From Pseudobdellovibrionaceae bacterium (lineage in GTDB: Bacteria > Bdellovibrionota > Bdellovibrionia > Bdellovibrionales > Bdellovibrionaceae): a DNA stretch of 16,480 bases. This document shows positions 16,480 to 16,480 of the stretch, piece by piece. Each line of letters opens with the position of its first letter. The stretch's first letter is position 1. The stretch lies in contig JBIKLL010000063.1 in assembly GCA_044359815.1 (NCBI GenBank), positions 1-16,480 on the forward strand, read 5' to 3'. The notes beneath the pieces are model-generated. The model had not been told where the DNA came from. It saw nothing but the letters and a program-made list of their open reading frames with translations, and searched no databases. A program made the position numbers and the translations under genes.

Positions 16480-16480
16480 T

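Overview
Chromosomal segment of a probable Bdellovibrionota-like bacterium (inferred from protein style, fused ccoNO, monohaem ccoP and a sigma28-type promoter). Left part (1-4221) is an AT-rich accessory stretch on the 3' side of tRNA-His(GTG). It holds a secreted trypsin-like protease missed by the ORF track, two unrelated exported-protein genes that are each followed by the same 57-bp terminator element (the second is a lipoprotein broken by one in-frame TAA), and a HEPN-MNT pair starting 28 nt after the tRNA CCA. The middle holds rarD and a cbb3-type oxidase operon, ccoI-ccoS-ccoNO-ccoQ-ccoP-ccoG (ccoS and ccoQ were not in the ORF track), preceded by a sigma54 -24/-12 element and two candidate enhancer sites. 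The right part holds a small lipoprotein with a sigma28 promoter, a divergent pair of soluble PAS histidine kinase and sigma54-dependent response regulator (likely activator of cco), a near-perfect 62-bp inverted repeat around a GC-rich 60-nt core, and a polytopic membrane protein at the window edge.
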